From Lepidodermella squamata (Eukaryota > Animalia > Gastrotricha): DNA of 64,000 nucleotides. Position numbers and translations under genes: made by a program. The DNA lies in the NCBI GenBank assembly GCA_047495785.1, contig JBLDXI010000007.1, forward strand, positions 1,550,001 to 1,614,000. Direction: 5' to 3'. The notes beneath the pieces were generated by a model. The model did not search any database. It saw nothing but the letters and a program-made list of their open reading frames with translations, and was not told where the DNA came from. Below are positions 63,154 through 64,000 of this stretch, piece by piece; the first letter of the stretch is position 1; the number at the start of each line of letters is the position of its first letter.

Positions 63154-63603
63154 TTATAATAATGGCTGTGGTCTTGGTATCGGAATAAATTTGCCAACCG
63201 GGATCTTCCGTTTGTGAAGTTCATTTACCCTCTCACGGCTGAGATGAAAGCGAGGCGCCGATTTCGACCTTAGGATCGATAAGTCGTCGCCCAGATCTGG
63301 AAGCTGAGGCGATTGCTTTGGTCTAGGGTTTTCTTCAACCCTGATCAATCGGCTTGTCTTGACCCATGGCGAGGAGTGGTGATAGTAGCCGCCGTTGTAG
63401 CCGTAGTTTGAACCGTAAGGTCGATGATGATTGTGATGGTGATGATGGTGGTTGTGGTGGCTGTGGTGATGGCCGTGATGAGCGCGAGGAGGCCGAATGA
63501 GCTGGCTTGATTGATAATGGTGAAAGTGACCTCGTTCACCTTGAGTGCTCATCATTAACCAATCAAAAAGCGCAAAAGAAAATAATAAAATTCGAACAAT
63601 CAT
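63154..63603 (-). CDS. Secreted His-rich / Gly-Tyr-rich small protein
   Basis: Hydrophobic N-terminus, then HHGHHHSHHNHHHHHNHH and YGSNYGYNGGYY. Confidence 0.6.
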   Translation of the reverse strand: MIVRILLFSFALFDWLMMSTQGERGHFHHYQSSQLIRPPRAHHGHHHSHHNHHHHHHNHHRPYGSNYGYNGGYYHHSSPWVKTSRLIRVEENPRPKQSPQLPDLGDDLSILRSKSAPRFHLSRERVNELHKRKIPVGKFIPIPRPQPLL

Positions 63604-64000
63604 TTTTAACAATTTCTGGATTTTATCAACTTTGAGCTTTGCGTGCTAAACCATGCGAACGATGACGTGATTTGTTTGCTTGGCGCCATTTGCAATAAAA
63701 TCTAGTTGTGGTAAACATTGCTTTGCTGAAAATGGGGATAACGTTATCTGTAGTTGGACTGATGGAATGGTAGGTTTCACAAATTAGATTAGGTGAAAAA
63801 TTCCAGGAAAATGATTGGCACATTATTGACTGAAATTTCGGTGAATTCTAGAAAAAATAAAAAAAAACCCGTAAGATCAGGTGAACGAGAAAGGTCGTAA
63901 TCCAGCGGCGCCATTATTATGAATAATTAGTTCGACCTGAGCCCTGAACCGCCTTATTAAATTTCGGGAATTCACGATAAATTGAACGAATTCCTAAAAA

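Overview
Gene-dense window from a compact-genome invertebrate animal (short ~45-60 nt T-rich GT-AG introns, CpG apparently not depleted). The taxon cannot be assigned from the sequence. About 18 host protein-coding genes, mostly spliced: GT92 glycosyltransferase, galaxin-like protein, divergent nAChR alpha-type subunit, EF-hand protein, atypical MKK4-like kinase, class A and class C GPCRs, two ankyrin/SOCS-box proteins, a large TBC/C2-like protein, SLC26 transporter, atypical Rho GTPase, mucin-like repeat protein, stomatin, a knottin (ICK) peptide missed by the ORF track, secreted PLCXD, a His-rich peptide and a solo Gag-like ORF. The centre (17.2-23.9 kb) is a small-RNA island bounded by two near-identical tRNA-Gln(CTG) loci. 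It holds 13 intact-looking tRNAs, several tRNA relics, a structurally intact U1 snRNA variant with altered U1-70K loop and Sm site, a 3'-truncated PHD+APE LINE fragment, and two copies of a strand-asymmetric GA-zipper hairpin element. Many MITE-like inverted-repeat elements lie in introns and intergenic DNA. All calls are by-eye motif recognition and no database searches were run.
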